Source of the DNA: a virus
Lineage: Duplodnaviria; Caudoviricetes
Strand: one strand, 5' to 3'
Virus record (IMG/VR): IMGVR_UViG_3300038974_000259
Location: 1 to 57,173 of that record
DNA length: 57,173 nt
Shown here: one piece after another, positions 55,496-57,173 of the stretch
Numbering within the stretch: the first letter of the stretch is position 1
Layout: each line of letters opens with the position of its first letter
Notes under the pieces: model-generated
Told to the model about the DNA's origin: nothing
Database searches by the model: none
What the model saw: only the letters and a program-made list of their open reading frames with translations
Position numbers and translations under genes: made by a program

Positions 55496-55555
55496 GCGGC
55501 TGCCGGTAAAACGCTCTCTGTGATTAGACAAAAAGTTCGTTTTACCTGAGGCCGC
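55496..55555. repeat. 60-nt structured intergenic element, copy B
   Basis: GCGGCTGCCGGTAAAACG...CGTTTTACCTGAGGCCGC, extended by AAAAGT/ACTTTT. Confidence 0.8.
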
Positions 55556-55565
55556 ACTTTTTATT

Positions 55566-57113
55566 TTAGTGGATACAGGCGTATCTCTCGCTGTCCAACT
55601 TATCGTACATCAGGTCGTACGCCGTGACGCCCTTGAGCACCTGTTCGAAGATGACAGGACTGAAGCCGGAGACGTAGCTCACATGGCCGGAGACACGCAT
55701 AGGAATGTTGTCCTGACGAGCCTGAACATTCCAAAACACAAGGTTCGGCATCTTGTAGCCCGCAGCATTCCAACGCTTCTCGATGGTCTCGAAAAGGGTC
55801 TCGTTAGCGAACTGGCCACCGTAACTCCAGCGGTCGCGAGAACGACTGCCGCCGCGCACGCAGTCATTAAACTCCATGTCGGAGATAATGATTACGGAAG
55901 CAGGAATCTCGTCCTGAGAGCAGTGGTTCTGCTTCGCGATGCGGAGCATCTGGTCGAAGACAGCCTCGACGTTGGTGCTTCCACCCCAGTCAGAACGAAC
56001 CATACGATTGATCTTATCGACGAAGTCGACACCCTCAATCTCCACAAAGGTAGGATCGTTGCTGAAGGTGAAAAAGTGGTTGGCGAAGTCGCCCTTATTG
56101 CGCTCGGCGCAATACATGGCGATAGACAGAGCGACAGCCAGAGGGTCGCCATACATGGAACCGGAAGTATCCGCAACGCAGATACCGTTGAAGGTGCAGC
56201 CCTGGAAGTAATCCGCGAGGTTCTCCCAGTACTTGTTGACCATCAGACGCTCAGTATCATCGAGAGCCTGAGACTTGCGGTTGCTACCATAGTAGTAGCC
56301 CCAGTTGCCGAAGGCCATAGCCTCCTTGACAACCTCGTAAGGATAGAGCGCCTTGGCGTTAACCTTGGTGTTCTTGTCCTTGGCGAAATCCTCGTAGGAC
56401 TGGATATCCTTCTCGGATTTCATGCGCTCGAGATCATGACGCGCGAACGCGTTCTTGTAGATCATGCCAGCGCGAGAAGGAATCTTATCGAACTCGATCT
56501 CGTCCCAACGTCCAGCGGACATGAGGCGCTCCAGAACGCGGATGCGCTCACGGAGGATAGACAGAGTCTTGCGGTACTCCTTGTGGTTCATGCCCAGGAA
56601 GCGGCGAGTCTTGTCGGCCAAGACGCGGGAGTCGCGAGAGCTGGTGTTCTCGGATTTCAGCCACTTCGCCAGCAGGGAAGGAGTCTGACACTGGACATCA
56701 AGTTCCAGCTGCTTACGCATAAGCGTAAAAGCGTCCTTCTCCAGTGGAGTACCTACGAAGGTGTAGAGGTCGTCCCAGCGACCAAACTCGGGGACGTACT
56801 TGAGGTTCCGCCTCATCGCGGGAGTATGCTCGCGCGCAAGCCACTTGGTGACTATGCGGAAAAATCTGCGCTCGCCCTGTCCACCACGCACGTCGCGCAG
56901 ATAGAACAGACACTTCAGCGCATATGCCTCATCCTCGTTAAATGCTTTCGCGAAGAGGTTGATAACATCGGCATCGGAGCGAGTTCTATATGCTCCACCG
57001 AGAGCGAACAGGTCGAGCAGACCGTTCAGGGTGGACTTATAGGTAAGAGCGCCATTCTCGGTATAGGTGTAGTTGGACTCACTCTTAAGAGCGCTCATAA
57101 AAGTATTCGCCAT
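55566..57113 (-). CDS. DUF2828-family protein with C-terminal vWA domain
   Basis: TENGA, LRDVRGGQGER, GRWDDL, LLAKW, DTSGSM MIDAS, STN, ISDMEF and VFWNV; TAG-free and GC-rich. Confidence 0.88.
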   Translation of the reverse strand: MANTFMSALKSESNYTYTENGALTYKSTLNGLLDLFALGGAYRTRSDADVINLFAKAFNEDEAYALKCLFYLRDVRGGQGERRFFRIVTKWLAREHTPAMRRNLKYVPEFGRWDDLYTFVGTPLEKDAFTLMRKQLELDVQCQTPSLLAKWLKSENTSSRDSRVLADKTRRFLGMNHKEYRKTLSILRERIRVLERLMSAGRWDEIEFDKIPSRAGMIYKNAFARHDLERMKSEKDIQSYEDFAKDKNTKVNAKALYPYEVVKEAMAFGNWGYYYGSNRKSQALDDTERLMVNKYWENLADYFQGCTFNGICVADTSGSMYGDPLAVALSIAMYCAERNKGDFANHFFTFSNDPTFVEIEGVDFVDKINRMVRSDWGGSTNVEAVFDQMLRIAKQNHCSQDEIPASVIIISDMEFNDCVRGGSRSRDRWSYGGQFANETLFETIEKRWNAAGYKMPNLVFWNVQARQDNIPMRVSGHVSYVSGFSPVIFEQVLKGVTAYDLMYDKLDSERYACIH

Positions 57114-57173
57114 ATTAATTTCTCCTTTTTCTCTTATTGATTTCCTCTTGGACAAGAGGATTTATAAAATCTT

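Noticed and set aside
55490-55562. Y RNA next to a possible Ro/TROVE-like gene
   Set aside because: I could not see the Ro-binding bulged-helix sequence, and a second copy lies beside an unrelated gene; reported as an unknown element instead
55569-57140. 523-aa plus-strand ORF
   Set aside because: Antisense shadow of the GC-rich DUF2828 gene, with no recognisable motifs
1-57173. Suppressor tRNA, CRISPR array, integrase or DGR
   Set aside because: No cloverleaf, regularly spaced repeats, recombinase or reverse transcriptase was recognised by eye; a tRNA scan is still advisable

Overview
This window is part of a large, AT-rich bacteriophage genome, probably infecting Firmicutes/Bacillota (strong AGGAGG ribosome-binding sites, sigma-A-like promoters, class III RNR). 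It uses an alternative genetic code in which TAG is read as Gln (code 15). The code-11 ORF track is therefore fragmented, and reading TAG as Q rejoins the pieces into full-length genes. Restored genes include RuvC, NrdG, NrdD, DnaE, a RecD-like helicase, RecJ, primase, DnaB, a Sak4-like ATPase, a putative SSB, UNG, a GT2 glycosyltransferase, a radical SAM enzyme, an endolysin, PhoH and fibre proteins. Most genes lie on the minus strand: nucleotide metabolism and replication (3-34 kb), modification and lysis (33-40 kb), and a TAG-free block of small, probably early genes with RNA-repair enzymes (41.5-51 kb). There is also a short plus-strand virion fibre block and a GC-rich DUF2828/vWA gene. 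gyrB is split by a group I intron carrying a TAG-containing GIY-YIG homing endonuclease. The most striking unexplained signals are four: (1) a strongly over-represented GC palindrome GCGGCCGC, with extended form GCGGCYNNNGGTRAA; (2) a 60-nt co-varying hairpin element built from that motif and sitting between gene ends and promoters; (3) two promoter classes whose targets differ in TAG use; (4) an uncharacterised five-gene cassette. All coordinates were derived by hand and no database searches were run.
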